From: Nitrospirota bacterium
GTDB lineage: Bacteria; Nitrospirota; UBA9217
Direction of reading: 5' to 3'
Length of the DNA stretch: 64,000 nucleotides
Assembly: GCA_963755045.1 (NCBI GenBank)
Contig: CAVWIL010000007.1
Span: 205,322-269,321, forward strand
The stretch's first letter is position 1. Every line of letters begins with the position of its first letter. A program made the position numbers and the translations under genes. Positions 28,868 to 39,598 of the stretch are shown here, in pieces. Below the pieces are notes generated by a model that did not search any database, was not told the DNA's origin, and worked only from the letters and a program-made list of their open reading frames with translations.

Positions 28868-29527
28868 TCATTTGCTCACGGTCTTCACGTACATCACGAC
28901 ACCGGACAGGAGGACCAGCGCTTCTCCAGCAGAGAAAAGCCACCAGTCGAAGTGCACGGGCACGAAGGAGGAGACGGCTGTCTGAAAGGCACTGTTGCTT
29001 GCCAGGCCGGCAAGGTCCGTGACAAACCCTCCCTTGATAACAATTCCTGCGAAGTCCACGATGAACGTATAAAATATTAAACCCGCGCCCGCTGCCATGA
29101 AGAGCCATGACATTCGCCCGATCCGGATCCCGCCGTATTGCCGATGGAGAACGATCAAGAGGACGGCGAGACCAATCATCGTAAGCGCGCAGATGAGCGG
29201 CGCCAGGATTGGCGCAAGCCAGGTAAGGGGGATCAGAAACAGCACGTCCCAGGTGAAGAAGGACTGCGGCCAGTCCAGCAGGACCTTGAGAAAGACATAA
29301 TAAAACACGTCCCAGACCCCGAAGGTAAAGAGAAAGACGGCGAAGCGGAGGACGAACGTTCTTGCTGCAATTGCCGCAAGCGCAGCGAGCATGATGATGG
29401 TGGCAAGTTCCCGGAGTATCTCCATTCGAAGCATCTGTTCGGGAATGAACCGGAGGGGAAAGCCGAAACCGCCGGGGAAATAGAGCTCGCGCAGATAGAC
29501 CACAACGATCGCCTCGAGCAGGCCCAT
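28868..29527 (-). CDS. Hypothetical polytopic membrane protein
   Basis: 219 aa with about 7 TM helices. The overlapping same-strand ORF 28827..29648 (different frame) has a biased, non-protein-like composition. Confidence 0.55.
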   Translation of the reverse strand: MGLLEAIVVVYLRELYFPGGFGFPLRFIPEQMLRMEILRELATIIMLAALAAIAARTFVLRFAVFLFTFGVWDVFYYVFLKVLLDWPQSFFTWDVLFLIPLTWLAPILAPLICALTMIGLAVLLIVLHRQYGGIRIGRMSWLFMAAGAGLIFYTFIVDFAGIVIKGGFVTDLAGLASNSAFQTAVSSFVPVHFDWWLFSAGEALVLLSGVVMYVKTVSK

Positions 29528-30107
29528 GGCAATGCCGAAAACTGGCGAGCCAGATGAGCCGGCTGTTTGGCACCTGACGAGAGGAATGCGCGCTCATGGA
29601 TATCATTATACCGGATGTCAGCCGGGAGGGGAAGGAAGTGTGGAACATTCAGCTCTTGATTACCTTTTGCTTTTTCACAGCATCCCGGACTTTCGGCGTC
29701 TTCAGGGCCAGAACGTCTATAGACGTTCGGGTCTTCCTTGTTGTTGAAGTTCTCTTTTTAACCCTATTTCACAGTATTCTCGTGCCGGAACAGTTTTTTT
29801 CGGCTGATAATCTTTCCGGAGACCATGAACACACCGTCGCCTGTGTACTGCAGCGTTTCGTTTCTTCCTTTACTTGAGGATGTTCGCCATCCTTCGCAAC
29901 ATATAAAGATCCATCTGATTTACTAATTAATATTGTGACAAGAGTCACATTCTGCAGCCCAACGAACTGCTACTATGCAATGAAAGCGGCGTGCGCCCTC
30001 GAAATGACCGGATTGCACATGATAACCACAACCAACAGTACTGCCGAGATCATAGATCCGAGTCTTCAAAATGATTATTCTGGAATCACCGAGAAAGGGG
30101 AACATCC

Positions 30108-30662
30108 ATGAAAAAGACAGTTTTTACACTACTCGTAGCATTCTTCACCCTCTCCATGGGAACAATGGCCTATGCCAAATCCGCCGGCTCCGAGAGAGCA
30201 AATGAATCGGGGGTTTACGAATTCGAAGGGTCGCTGGCTCCAGCGACCGGTCCGGGAGACTATGACAGCGGCATCGGCATCAACTTTGGCGCAGGTTATT
30301 CTCTGGCATCAGTCGACAAAAATCTCCAGGCACGGTTTGATATCTCGTATTACCAGTTCAAGCACGATTTTCCCTGGGGCAGCGGCACGTACACACGCGT
30401 GCCCTTAATCGTCGGTGCCCGGTACTATGTGCCGATTGCGGATAAACTGAGAGCGTTCGGGCAGGTAGGACTGGAAACAAGCATTGATAATTTTGACAAT
30501 TCCGCGAATCAGAAGAAAAGCGAATTGAACCTTGGCATTGCGCCCGGTGTCGGTATTGAATTTTTTGTGAGCCCCAAGGTAAGTATTTTTGCTCTCGGCC
30601 TCGCGCACCTTATTTCGGATAGCTATTTCAGCCAGCATTTCGGCGTGGCTACACATTTTTAA
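30108..30662 (+). CDS. Outer-membrane beta-barrel protein (OmpW/porin_4-like)
   Basis: Signal peptide MKKTVFTLLVAFFTLSMGTMAYA. Alternating beta-strand pattern. C-terminal aromatic residue (..VATHF). Confidence 0.7.
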   Translation: MKKTVFTLLVAFFTLSMGTMAYAKSAGSERANESGVYEFEGSLAPATGPGDYDSGIGINFGAGYSLASVDKNLQARFDISYYQFKHDFPWGSGTYTRVPLIVGARYYVPIADKLRAFGQVGLETSIDNFDNSANQKKSELNLGIAPGVGIEFFVSPKVSIFALGLAHLISDSYFSQHFGVATHF

Positions 30663-30816
30663 CTTTCACGACGGGCGGGAACCAGCAACAGAAAAAATCC
30701 GGGGCAACGTGTTCGTGGTCTAATGCTCATTATTCGATTTGGCTTCCTTAACATGCCGGCTGCACTCGCGGTGAGCGACTTTGGAATAGCGGACAGGAAC
30801 CATTCAATCTTACGAT

Positions 30817-31407
30817 TTGATTATCGCTCTTCGAAAAGAAATGCCGATGGACAAGATAGTAGACTATATTATTGAACTTATCCGTAAGATAGGGAGCATG
30901 GACCGGGCCGCATGGGCCCGGGAGCTGCGGGAGATCGCCTACCACATAAAGAAGAAGTTGTTCAGCCAGATCCCGGGAGTAAGCGCCATTGTTGGTATCC
31001 TCGTGGGCTACTGGGTTGCATCCACCTTTACGAACTCGCCGATCAAGGGGTTTCTGTCCTCCATGGGCGTCATGAAAGGGGGCACCCATGTGGTCAGCGA
31101 CACGACCTACAAGTTCTTTTCCGTGTTCTTTCCCCTTTTCGCCACAGCCCTCACGGCCTATGCGGTCCAAAAGACCATGAAGAACTACCGAGAAAAGCGG
31201 CTGGAACGGGATAAAGCCTATGTTGCGCAGCTGGGAGAGAAGGCCCGGGCCGACTTGCAGCAAAAGATCGGCATTCTTAACATGGCCAAAGAAGCGGGCC
31301 TTCTTTCGGAAAGCGAATGCGACACCAAGATCGCCAACCTCTATCAGTCCTATGCCCGGAATGACCGCTCCGGTCTTGAGGATTTCCTTTTCAAGATCGA
31401 TGGATGA
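30817..31407 (+). CDS. Hypothetical membrane protein
   Basis: Two TM helices and a coiled C-terminus. The start may be ATG 30841. Confidence 0.45.
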   Translation: MIIALRKEMPMDKIVDYIIELIRKIGSMDRAAWARELREIAYHIKKKLFSQIPGVSAIVGILVGYWVASTFTNSPIKGFLSSMGVMKGGTHVVSDTTYKFFSVFFPLFATALTAYAVQKTMKNYREKRLERDKAYVAQLGEKARADLQQKIGILNMAKEAGLLSESECDTKIANLYQSYARNDRSGLEDFLFKIDG

Positions 31408-31597
31408 TATCGCTGCAAAGCCCGGGGAAACCAAAGTGGCCGTAGATTCTAGCTCCCTTTTCGCCTGATAGATGTTCAATTCCCCCGTTCCCGCCCCAGT
31501 TGAAATACTCCCAACCATCTTGAGTGAGGATATGGGACATCATTCCCATCGCTATGCGACTTAGCAAACAACAACCCCTTGCGCAATCCTTCTGAAG

Positions 31598-32236
31598 TTA
31601 TCTCACGACCTTGAACGCGTGCATCCAGTCATTCCTGAGAAAACCAGGAATGCACCAGAGCATGCAGAGCGGTTCTATTGCACGCGCTCCTTCCGCCTTG
31701 CCCATGTCCTCGGGCTCCCATCCGAATTGTTCAATGATCTTGATGACAACCTTCTTGGCAGCGTCATCATTGCCGCACAAGAACATCGTCGGCTTCCCGC
31801 CTGCGAACGATGGGTTGATCATGCCTGCGTTTCCGACGGAATTGAAGGCCTTGACGAACCGGACAGCGGGAAATTCCTTTTGGAGGCGCTCCATCAGCGA
31901 CTCGTTAAGATCGGTGAAGAACCGGATCACGCCGTTCTCCGGGGGAAGGTCTGCGATCGGGTTCGTCACATCCATGAGCGCCTTGCCTGCCAGAGTGGCG
32001 GGGCCCGCTGCGCGGAGTGCTTCCGCTGCCGCCGTGCCTTTGACTGCAAGGACCACCAGTTCACCGTGGGCCGCCGCTTCAGCGAAGCCGCCGACACGGG
32101 CTTTAGGGTTTTTAGTTTTCCATTCCGCAAGTTTGCGCTGGTCGCGGGTTCCCAGCATTACTTCATGGCCGTGCTTCAGAAAACCACCCGCCAGAACCTG
32201 TGCTACCACTCCCGATCCGAGTATGCCGACTTTCAT
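31598..32236 (-). CDS. NAD(P)-binding oxidoreductase (F420-dependent NADP reductase / ProC-like N-terminus family)
   Basis: AAAGGAGGG RBS. MKVGILGSGVVAQVLAGGFLKHGHEV Rossmann motif. Confidence 0.65.
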   Translation of the reverse strand: MKVGILGSGVVAQVLAGGFLKHGHEVMLGTRDQRKLAEWKTKNPKARVGGFAEAAAHGELVVLAVKGTAAAEALRAAGPATLAGKALMDVTNPIADLPPENGVIRFFTDLNESLMERLQKEFPAVRFVKAFNSVGNAGMINPSFAGGKPTMFLCGNDDAAKKVVIKIIEQFGWEPEDMGKAEGARAIEPLCMLWCIPGFLRNDWMHAFKVVR

Positions 32237-32586
32237 AATAATACCCTCCTTTTCGCCGATCATCTCCTGCGTCCAAACGATTGATCCATCAAAGGCTCGA
32301 AGCATATGCAATGGCCCTTGTTACTAATTCTAGCACGGCGCGATGTGATCGGGGCGTCCCCGATAATTCGGCGAGAAGTGGCTCAAGACATGACTCTCAA
32401 CAAGTGCTATAATCAGACCTGTTAAAGGTACCATTAGGGAGGTCTTCATGTTCCTTAGAGGTCACTGTGGGGTAAAATCTTACTTAATGACAGACTTGTC
32501 ACTAAATGAGATTTGGCCCTATATTCTTTGAATATATTCTTTCCTGGCATCTTTTGCAGCGCGGCCAGTGATAAGGGGAGGACGGT

Positions 32587-33045
32587 ATGGCAAAAGGGAG
32601 CGAGGCTGTTGATCGTGATGACCCCTATGAACTCAACCGCTTCATCAGCGCGCAGAAAGGGGTCTACGATCGCGTCCTTGCTGAGCTGCGGGGCGGCCAG
32701 AAACGCACGCACTGGATGTGGTTCATATTCCCGCAGATCGATGGACTGGGACACAGCCCCACAACAAGACTCTATGCCATTAAGAGCTTGGACGAGGCGC
32801 GGCAATACCTCGGCCATCCCGTTCTGGGAGCAAGGCTCATGGAGTGCGCGGAAGCGGTCCTTGCTGTTTCGGGGCTGTCAGTTTCGGATATTTTCGGACA
32901 CCCTGATGACTGGAAGCTTCAATCGTCCATGACCCTGTTCGCGCTCGTTGCTGAACCGGGTTCGGTGTTCGAGCGTGTCCTTGAAAAATATTACCAGGGA
33001 AAGAGGGACGCCAGGACGCTCCAGATCCTGGGCATTCGTTCGTGA
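32587..33045 (+). CDS. DUF1810 family protein
   Basis: L.RF..AQ...Y...L.EL..G.K.THWMWFIFPQ..GLG.S pattern. Confidence 0.8.
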   Translation: MAKGSEAVDRDDPYELNRFISAQKGVYDRVLAELRGGQKRTHWMWFIFPQIDGLGHSPTTRLYAIKSLDEARQYLGHPVLGARLMECAEAVLAVSGLSVSDIFGHPDDWKLQSSMTLFALVAEPGSVFERVLEKYYQGKRDARTLQILGIRS

Positions 33046-33231
33046 AAAACATCTCCGGGATGCACTTTCCCCAAAAAGTATTTTCAAATAAAGCAGCCTT
33101 GACCGCCCCAGTTGACATACTCCCTCGTTCTTGCTACGCTTCCTTCAGGGAAACCTTAGTTATTCCTGCCCGGCGTTGTTGATTTATGCGCACGGTTCAC
33201 TCAGCAGCACTGGGAGAGCGGAGGAGGGATC

Positions 33232-34146
33232 ATGGAACGAGCTGACATCACGGGCAGCGAGACACCCCTTGACTGCATCGTCATCGGGGCCGGGCCGGGA
33301 GGCCTGCAGGCCTGCATTCACCTTGGCCGATACAATTTCCGCGTTATGCTTTTCCACATCCCTGGCGGGCGGACCAGCTACGCGAAACACCTCGAGAACT
33401 ACCTCGGCATTCCTCTTGTCTCAGGTCCGGTCCTCCTGGAAACCGGGCTTGCCCAGGTGAAGAACTTCGGCGTTGCTGTCGAGAACGCCAGGGTGGAGCG
33501 CGTCTCAGGCCGGGAGGGGCGTTTCGAGGTGCAGGCCGGGGGAAAGACCTATCGCTCACGTTTCGTCATCGCTGCCTCGGGGGCCAAGGAAACCCTCGCA
33601 CCCTTCAAGAATCTCTATCGTTTCTTCGGCATTTCCTACTTCACGTGCATGATCTGCGACGGCTATCGCACCACCGGCAAGAAGCTGCTTGTCATCGACC
33701 GCACCGCGAACGGCGTGCGCACAAGCATTGGCATGAAACGGATGTTCACCAGCGACGTGACCTTCCTCAGCCACGGCTTCTCCCTTGCGCCGGCGTACAG
33801 GGCGCTCCTCGAGGAGGAGGGGATCGGCCTGGTCGAGGGGCGTCCGGAAGAGCTGCTTGGCGAGACGACCCTCGAGGGCGTCCGGCTTAACGACGGCCGC
33901 GTTATCCCCTGCGAGGTCATCCAGGGGTGGGGAGGGATCTCCCTCAACGACGATTATCTCGAGGGACTTCCCCTGGAGCGCGATGCCGAGGGGTTCAAGA
34001 TCGTGACAAGGGGTGCGGGCGAGTCGAGCATCCCAGGCCTCTTTGTCGTGGGCGCCCTCCGCCACGGCCACTCCCAGGCGATCATCTCCGCTGGCCAGGG
34101 CGCCGAGGCGGCGATCGAGATCAGCACGAGGGTCGTCGAGCTCTAG
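33232..34146 (+). CDS. FAD-dependent pyridine nucleotide-disulfide oxidoreductase (thioredoxin-reductase-like)
   Basis: DCIVIGAGPGG dinucleotide motif. CMICDG resembles the TrxR redox site. VVGALRHG. Confidence 0.75.
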   Translation: MERADITGSETPLDCIVIGAGPGGLQACIHLGRYNFRVMLFHIPGGRTSYAKHLENYLGIPLVSGPVLLETGLAQVKNFGVAVENARVERVSGREGRFEVQAGGKTYRSRFVIAASGAKETLAPFKNLYRFFGISYFTCMICDGYRTTGKKLLVIDRTANGVRTSIGMKRMFTSDVTFLSHGFSLAPAYRALLEEEGIGLVEGRPEELLGETTLEGVRLNDGRVIPCEVIQGWGGISLNDDYLEGLPLERDAEGFKIVTRGAGESSIPGLFVVGALRHGHSQAIISAGQGAEAAIEISTRVVEL

Positions 34147-34191
34147 AGCGATCCGGCCTGTTTATTCTGATCTTCCGGGGAGGAACGAAAC

Positions 34192-34899
34192 GTGTACGTT
34201 GCAGAGATATGGCGCTATCCGATCAAATCGATGGCAGGCGAAATGCTCCCGGAGACCGTGCTCGGACCGATGGGAATACCCGGTGACCGGCATCTCTATG
34301 TCGTGGGCGGACAGAGGCAAATGATCACCGCCAGGGACCACCCCGGGCTTCTCCTTCTTCGGGCATCAGCGGCCGGACAGGGACAGCCCACGGTGGACGG
34401 GTTGCCATGGGAGGATCCCGATGTGGCCCGAAAGGTCAGAGACGCGGCTGGCGCTTCGGCACGTCTGGTCCGTGCCCGGGGCGGGGAGCGGTTTGATATC
34501 CTACCGCTCTCAGTGGCTACCGATGGTGCCGTGGCCGCGCTGGGAACGGACCGACGGCGGCTCCGACCCAACCTGCTCATCGGCGGAGTGGAGGGGCTGG
34601 CTGAGCGGGAGTGGGAGCACCGCTTCCTGCGCATCGGGGAGGTCGTGATCGGCCTTGCCAATCTGCGGCAACGCTGCATCATGACCACCTGGGATCCGGA
34701 CACGGGCGAACAGGACCTGGATGTTTTCCGCCGCATCCATTACCGATTCGGCGGATCGATGGCGCTCGACGCCTGGGTAGTTGCGGGCGGACAGATCAAG
34801 ATTGGCGATCCGGTCGAACTGGCTGACGACATTGAGGCCGAACCGCCATTGGTCAGGGGCCGGTTCATTAGTGAGTACCGCCGAGGGAGTACACCTTAG
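34192..34899 (+). CDS. MOSC domain protein
   Basis: IWRYPIKSMAGE N-terminus and C-terminal C.MTT.DPDTGE (MOSC cysteine). Confidence 0.8.
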   Translation: MYVAEIWRYPIKSMAGEMLPETVLGPMGIPGDRHLYVVGGQRQMITARDHPGLLLLRASAAGQGQPTVDGLPWEDPDVARKVRDAAGASARLVRARGGERFDILPLSVATDGAVAALGTDRRRLRPNLLIGGVEGLAEREWEHRFLRIGEVVIGLANLRQRCIMTTWDPDTGEQDLDVFRRIHYRFGGSMALDAWVVAGGQIKIGDPVELADDIEAEPPLVRGRFISEYRRGSTP

Positions 34900-35016
34900 G
34901 GAGGCGCGAGGTGCATTTGCCATTGGGCACATGGAGGCAGCCCGGGGAGGTTTAAGATTAACGAGCCGGCGTGCTGGGCCGTAAATCATACAGGTTACCG
35001 AAGGAGGTATGCAGTC

Positions 35017-35904
35017 ATGGTGATATTCAGGACACTCATCGTTCTTGCGGCGCTCTTAAGCGCCCTCGGGTGTGTCTCGTCGGGAAAATACCAGGAACGG
35101 CTCACTGACATCGACAAGCTCAAGAATAACGTCTCGTCTCTGGAGGAGACGCTCAAGCAGAAAGAGGCCGAGCTTGCAAAGCTGAACAATGAATACGAAG
35201 ATTTGAAGAAACACGACCTTGCCCTTTCGGAGGATAATAAGAATCTCAACGACATACTGAACGCCAAGAAGGATGAGCTCAATAAAACTATTGCCGAACT
35301 CAGGGCAAGGCTTGCCACCAGAGAAGTGGATATCTTCAGCCTTCAGAAACATATGGACGAGCTGTCGCAGGAGAAGGCGCAGGCGATCGCGGAAAAGGAA
35401 AAGTCCATCGCAGAGCTGAAGAAAACCTACGACAGCATGGTGGGCGCAATGCAGGAGGAGGTAGAGAAGGGTGAGGTAACGATCACGCAGCTTAAAGACA
35501 AGCTTACGCTAAGCATGGTCGAAGCGATCCTTTTTGACTCCGGGAGTTCGAAGGTCAAGAAGAACGGCGAAAAAGTCCTGGACAGGGTCGCCGAGATCCT
35601 AAAAAAGGTGACTGACAAGCAGATCAGGATAGAGGGCTATACCGACAACGTTCCCATCGGGGGGGCGCTGGCAGAAAAGTTTCCCACGAACTGGGAGCTT
35701 TCCACGGCGCGGGCGACGAATGTCGTGCGGTACCTGCAGCGGGACGGCATCGACCCGCAGCTTCTTGGCGCCTGCGGATACTCCGAGTATCGGCCGATCG
35801 CTTCGAACAACACGGAAGAAGGGAAGGCAAAGAACCGCAGGATCGAGGTCGTCCTCACGCCGAAGGATTTCGTGAAGATGCCTGCACAGGAAAAGACTAA
35901 ATAA
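35017..35904 (+). CDS. OmpA/MotB-domain lipoprotein with long coiled-coil
   Basis: Lipobox LSALGC. C-terminus: F.SGS..V, IEGYTDNVPIG, NWELSTARA, NRRIEVVL. Confidence 0.88.
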   Translation: MVIFRTLIVLAALLSALGCVSSGKYQERLTDIDKLKNNVSSLEETLKQKEAELAKLNNEYEDLKKHDLALSEDNKNLNDILNAKKDELNKTIAELRARLATREVDIFSLQKHMDELSQEKAQAIAEKEKSIAELKKTYDSMVGAMQEEVEKGEVTITQLKDKLTLSMVEAILFDSGSSKVKKNGEKVLDRVAEILKKVTDKQIRIEGYTDNVPIGGALAEKFPTNWELSTARATNVVRYLQRDGIDPQLLGACGYSEYRPIASNNTEEGKAKNRRIEVVLTPKDFVKMPAQEKTK

Positions 35905-36037
35905 AGTAAACGCAAAAGAAGTGCGGGCTCCATGTAGCCCTGTGATAGAACTCTTCTTCTTGTCACCGAGGTGAGTTTTGTATCTGCCAGAGCGTTCAAA
36001 TGGGTTCACCTCCAGGTTCTCAGAAGGGTAGCTTCAA

Positions 36038-37543
36038 ATGCATATGAAGAAAATCTGGACGACAGAATCTCTATTAATGTGGTTGTTTTTCGTTTACGTA
36101 TTTTGTTTATTTGCAGCAACTGCCTTGTTCCAAAACGGGCTATTCGAGCGAGACGGTTACTATCATGCACGTCTTGCCCAGTTGATGCCGGAGAGGGGGA
36201 TTTCTCAAAGCTTTCCCTGGATGCAGCTTAGCACCTGGAAGGACCGCTACTGTGATAAGGAGTTTCTTTATCACCTCGCAATGATGCCGTTGACTCAGTT
36301 CGGCAGCGAGCCAATTCTTGGCGCGCGGATGTTCGCTGTGCTCCTTTCGGTGACGGTCATTGGAGCGCTTTACTGGTTGCTTCGCGCGAACAAAGTCAGC
36401 TGGCCCCTGTTCTTTAGTGCTTTGCCCTTCGGCATGGGCGGGTTATTCATCGCGCGGCTCGGCATGATCCGGTCTCATGTGCTGAGCATGCTGCTGCTCC
36501 TATTCGGCATTCATTTTTTGCTGCATCGACGATGGTTGGCCTTGTTCGTGTTAGGGTTTGTGTTCGCCTGGAGCTACACGGTCCCCTTTGTCCTGCTTAT
36601 CACCGCTGCATCATTCGCTGTGGGGCAGTGGCTTAATCGGGGCGGGTTCGATTATCGGTCCGTTGCAGCGGCGGGTATTGGTTCAACCCTGGGCCTCGTT
36701 GTGCACCCGTATTCACCGATGACCCTCGAGACGTTTCTCACTTATGTGCAAATCTTCCGCATAGGGATGCAGGGAGTTGAAAAGTCCGGCTTTGAACTCG
36801 GCAACGAAATTTATCCATATAGCCTGCCCGTGTTTTTCAACATCTATCCCTTGATCGTGATTCTGATCCTGTTGCTCGTGCTCTTCGTGCTGTTTCGCAG
36901 AAAGCGCCTGACACCGGAAACGCTTGGCGTAGTCCTGTCGGCGCTCTGCTGGTTCGGAATGACGATGGCATCGGCCCGTTTCGTCGAGTATTCGGTGCTG
37001 TTCCTGGCCATTGCACTCGCCTTCGTCGTGCGGGACACACTCTCGGCGCAGGACGTTGTTCCGCGCCTGTCCGCGCTCAACAGGCGTCTGCGCTGGATTA
37101 TAGCAATCGCAGCAATCGGTGCGCTCCTATCTTTTCACATCTACTCCATGAAATTCTACATTATATATCAGACCCAGTACGCCCCACCGCTTTTTTTTCA
37201 GGGGGCGTCTCGCTGGATGGAGCAGCATCTGGCACCGGACGAAAATGTGATCAATCTGTTCTGGGACGATTTCCCGGACTTGTTTTATGCTGCGCCGCGT
37301 CAGCATTATATCTGGGGCCTCGATCCTACCTATACGATCCGCTACGATCAGAACAAGGCGATCCTGCTTGAGAACTTCCGGCGCCGGCTGACGCTCTTGG
37401 ACGGCCGTAGGCTGTCGGACATGCTACACGCTCACTGGCTCATCCTTCGAGCGAGTCGAGTGGATCGCTATCCTGAACTCGGCAGCGCGCCATTCCGGGA
37501 AGTATACCGTGACGATGCGGCAGTTCTTTTCAAAATTGAGTGA
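36038..37543 (+). CDS. Large polytopic membrane protein, possibly a GT-C-fold glycosyltransferase
   Basis: About 12 TM helices and an early DGYYHARLA loop. The family assignment is inference only. Confidence 0.4.
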   Translation: MHMKKIWTTESLLMWLFFVYVFCLFAATALFQNGLFERDGYYHARLAQLMPERGISQSFPWMQLSTWKDRYCDKEFLYHLAMMPLTQFGSEPILGARMFAVLLSVTVIGALYWLLRANKVSWPLFFSALPFGMGGLFIARLGMIRSHVLSMLLLLFGIHFLLHRRWLALFVLGFVFAWSYTVPFVLLITAASFAVGQWLNRGGFDYRSVAAAGIGSTLGLVVHPYSPMTLETFLTYVQIFRIGMQGVEKSGFELGNEIYPYSLPVFFNIYPLIVILILLLVLFVLFRRKRLTPETLGVVLSALCWFGMTMASARFVEYSVLFLAIALAFVVRDTLSAQDVVPRLSALNRRLRWIIAIAAIGALLSFHIYSMKFYIIYQTQYAPPLFFQGASRWMEQHLAPDENVINLFWDDFPDLFYAAPRQHYIWGLDPTYTIRYDQNKAILLENFRRRLTLLDGRRLSDMLHAHWLILRASRVDRYPELGSAPFREVYRDDAAVLFKIE

Positions 37544-37547
37544 GACG

Positions 37548-37570
37548 AATCCGGCCGTAAGACGGATTTT
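37548..37570 (+). terminator. Rho-independent terminator candidate
   Basis: aatccg-gccgtaaga-cggatt followed by tttt, 5 nt after the stop. Confidence 0.4.
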
Positions 37571-37659
37571 AATCAAATACATATGTCAGTCTTATGACCA
37601 CAATTATTAATCGGCTATAGAGATCATTCGAAAAAACTTGGACACATTGGAATCTTGTA

Positions 37660-38007
37660 TTACGTCACAATACCATGCCGGTTTTGACCGGGCAGAAGGC
37701 AATCCATGAAACTGGATACTAACTTATTCAGATCGGATAAGATCAAGGTGAGCGTTATCGGCTTTCTGCCTCGTTTTGCCGGAGTCTTCTGAATAAAACG
37801 CCGGAAGGTCCGCAGAAGCCTGAGAGCATGTTTTCGGTGATACCCGCAGGTTGAACAGAACTCGTTCAGGATTGCTGTTTTATTTTCCGGGATGCGGCCC
37901 GGTACCGTTTCACGATTGCAGCCAGATATTCCCGTTTGGATCGTGGACTCATCAGAACTAACCCTCCTTTTGGGGGTATAGTTCCGGTAACATGCATTAT
38001 GAGTCAA
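37660..38007 (-). pseudogene. Fragment of an IS transposase N-terminus (HTH region)
   Basis: ILNEFCSTCGYHRKHALRLLR....KRGRKP resembles the N-terminus of integrase-core transposases. No catalytic domain follows. Confidence 0.4.
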
Positions 38008-38071
38008 CGATACTTTTCAAAATGCAGTTGGGTAACATTTATTGTGAGTCAATTCGCCCCGTCATTGTTTC

Positions 38072-38100
38072 TTGACAAATAAAACTTGCCAACCTATAAT
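38072..38100 (+). promoter_or_regulatory. Consensus sigma70-type promoter
   Basis: TTGACA (38072-38077), a 17-nt spacer, then TATAAT (38095-38100), 50 nt upstream of ATG 38151. Confidence 0.6.
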
Positions 38101-38150
38101 GTTTTATCCCGTTCAGCACACTCAATTATCGTGATATACCTACGGTCATC

Positions 38151-38603
38151 ATGACTAACCTCGAACTCTTACTCAATTCGATGCTCTTCAAGGGCGGCGG
38201 CAAGGACAAGATCGAGCATATTCTGGAGCTGTTTCAGGAGCGCCAGCTGGATCAGAACGCCACCATTTTTGCCCAGAACATGCCGGCGGAGGCGCTCTAC
38301 ATCGTAAAGAGCGGCAGGGTCAGGATCTCAATGATGGCGGGAGAGGGAGAGGAGATGGGGCTCCTGCTTCTCGGGCCGGGCGAGTTCTTTGGAGAGCTCG
38401 CGTTGGTCCAGGAAACGAACCGTCTTGTGACGGCGCGGGCAGAGACCCCTGTTGAACTCCTGCTCTTAACGAGAAAGGATTTTCAGGCGATGATCGAGCT
38501 GGAGCCCCGGATGGCCGCCAGGGCCCTCGTGGTCATTGCCAAATTGCTCGCCATGCGCATTCGTACATACAACGAAAGGCTCAAGCAGCTGATCGTGATA
38601 TGA
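38151..38603 (+). CDS. Cyclic-nucleotide-binding domain protein
   Basis: FGELAL and RTA-like (VTARA) cNMP-binding signature. 150 aa. Confidence 0.8.
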   Translation: MTNLELLLNSMLFKGGGKDKIEHILELFQERQLDQNATIFAQNMPAEALYIVKSGRVRISMMAGEGEEMGLLLLGPGEFFGELALVQETNRLVTARAETPVELLLLTRKDFQAMIELEPRMAARALVVIAKLLAMRIRTYNERLKQLIVI

Positions 38604-39556
38604 TCCTTGCCGGGATCGATATCGGTACAAACACCCTCCGTTTACTCGTGGCAGAAACCGGCCCTGATTCATTCCATGAGATCTATGCTGACAGAAAGGT
38701 CACCCGCCTGGGACAGGGCCTTGACCGGAGGGGGATGCTCACCCGCGAGGCCGAGGAACGGTCCCTGATCGTGCTCAAAGATTTTGCCGGGAATATCCAG
38801 CGCCATGCCGCACTCCATACCGCGGTGATCGGAACGAGCGCCCTCAGGAGCGCTTCAAATGCGGCGCAATTCATCGAAGAAGTACATAACAAGACCGGTC
38901 TCGATATCAGGGTCATATCCGGGGAAGAAGAGGCGAGGCTCACGCTTGTTGGTGTTTCACGGACGCTGAGCGGAAGCGGAGGAATGCAGAGCGATGCCCT
39001 CAAGTCTGCCATCGTCATCGATATCGGCGGAGGCAGCACCGAGATCATCATGACCCATCCCGCGAGAGCGGCAACCATTGCGAGTCTGCCGCTCGGCGCG
39101 GTCTATCTTACCGATCGATATATTAAGAACGATCCGCCGAAACCTGCTGAGATAGCACTGCTCAGGCGTGCGGTCAGGGATAATCTGGAACAGTGCGGCA
39201 GCATGATGATACCCGGACCCGCCAAAACCCTTGTCGGTACTGCCGGCACGATCACCACGCTCGCTGCCATGGACCTGAGACTGGCGGAATACGATCCCGG
39301 CAAGATCAATGGACACGTCCTTGCCAGGGAAACGGTTAATGCGATCGTACAGCAATTGAGTGTAAGCACGCTCAAAGAGCGGAGGTCCCTGCCCGGACTG
39401 GAGCCCGGCCGGGAAGATATCATCCTGGCCGGTGCCGTGGTTACCGGGGAGATCATGGAGCGGTTTGGTTTTTCGACGATGATCGTGAGCGACTGGGGAC
39501 TGCGGGAAGGGATCGTGCTGGATCTCTATGAGAAGATCTTATTAAAGAGCCGGTAG
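38600..39556 (+). CDS. Ppx/GppA family phosphatase
   Basis: ATGA overlap. GIDIGTNTLRLLV, IDIGGGSTE. Confidence 0.88.
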   Translation: MILAGIDIGTNTLRLLVAETGPDSFHEIYADRKVTRLGQGLDRRGMLTREAEERSLIVLKDFAGNIQRHAALHTAVIGTSALRSASNAAQFIEEVHNKTGLDIRVISGEEEARLTLVGVSRTLSGSGGMQSDALKSAIVIDIGGGSTEIIMTHPARAATIASLPLGAVYLTDRYIKNDPPKPAEIALLRRAVRDNLEQCGSMMIPGPAKTLVGTAGTITTLAAMDLRLAEYDPGKINGHVLARETVNAIVQQLSVSTLKERRSLPGLEPGREDIILAGAVVTGEIMERFGFSTMIVSDWGLREGIVLDLYEKILLKSR

Positions 39557-39598
39557 CGACAATGAAGCCAGGTCACTGACACTGCAGCGATCTGTTTT

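Noticed and set aside
29640-29925. Possible small minus-strand gene (..GRNETLQYTGDGVFMVSGKIISRKKLFRHENTVK)
   Set aside because: There is no start codon upstream of the conserved-looking part (a stop lies immediately before it), and the only ATG leaves fewer than 20 codons. It may be another gene fragment, but I cannot identify it.
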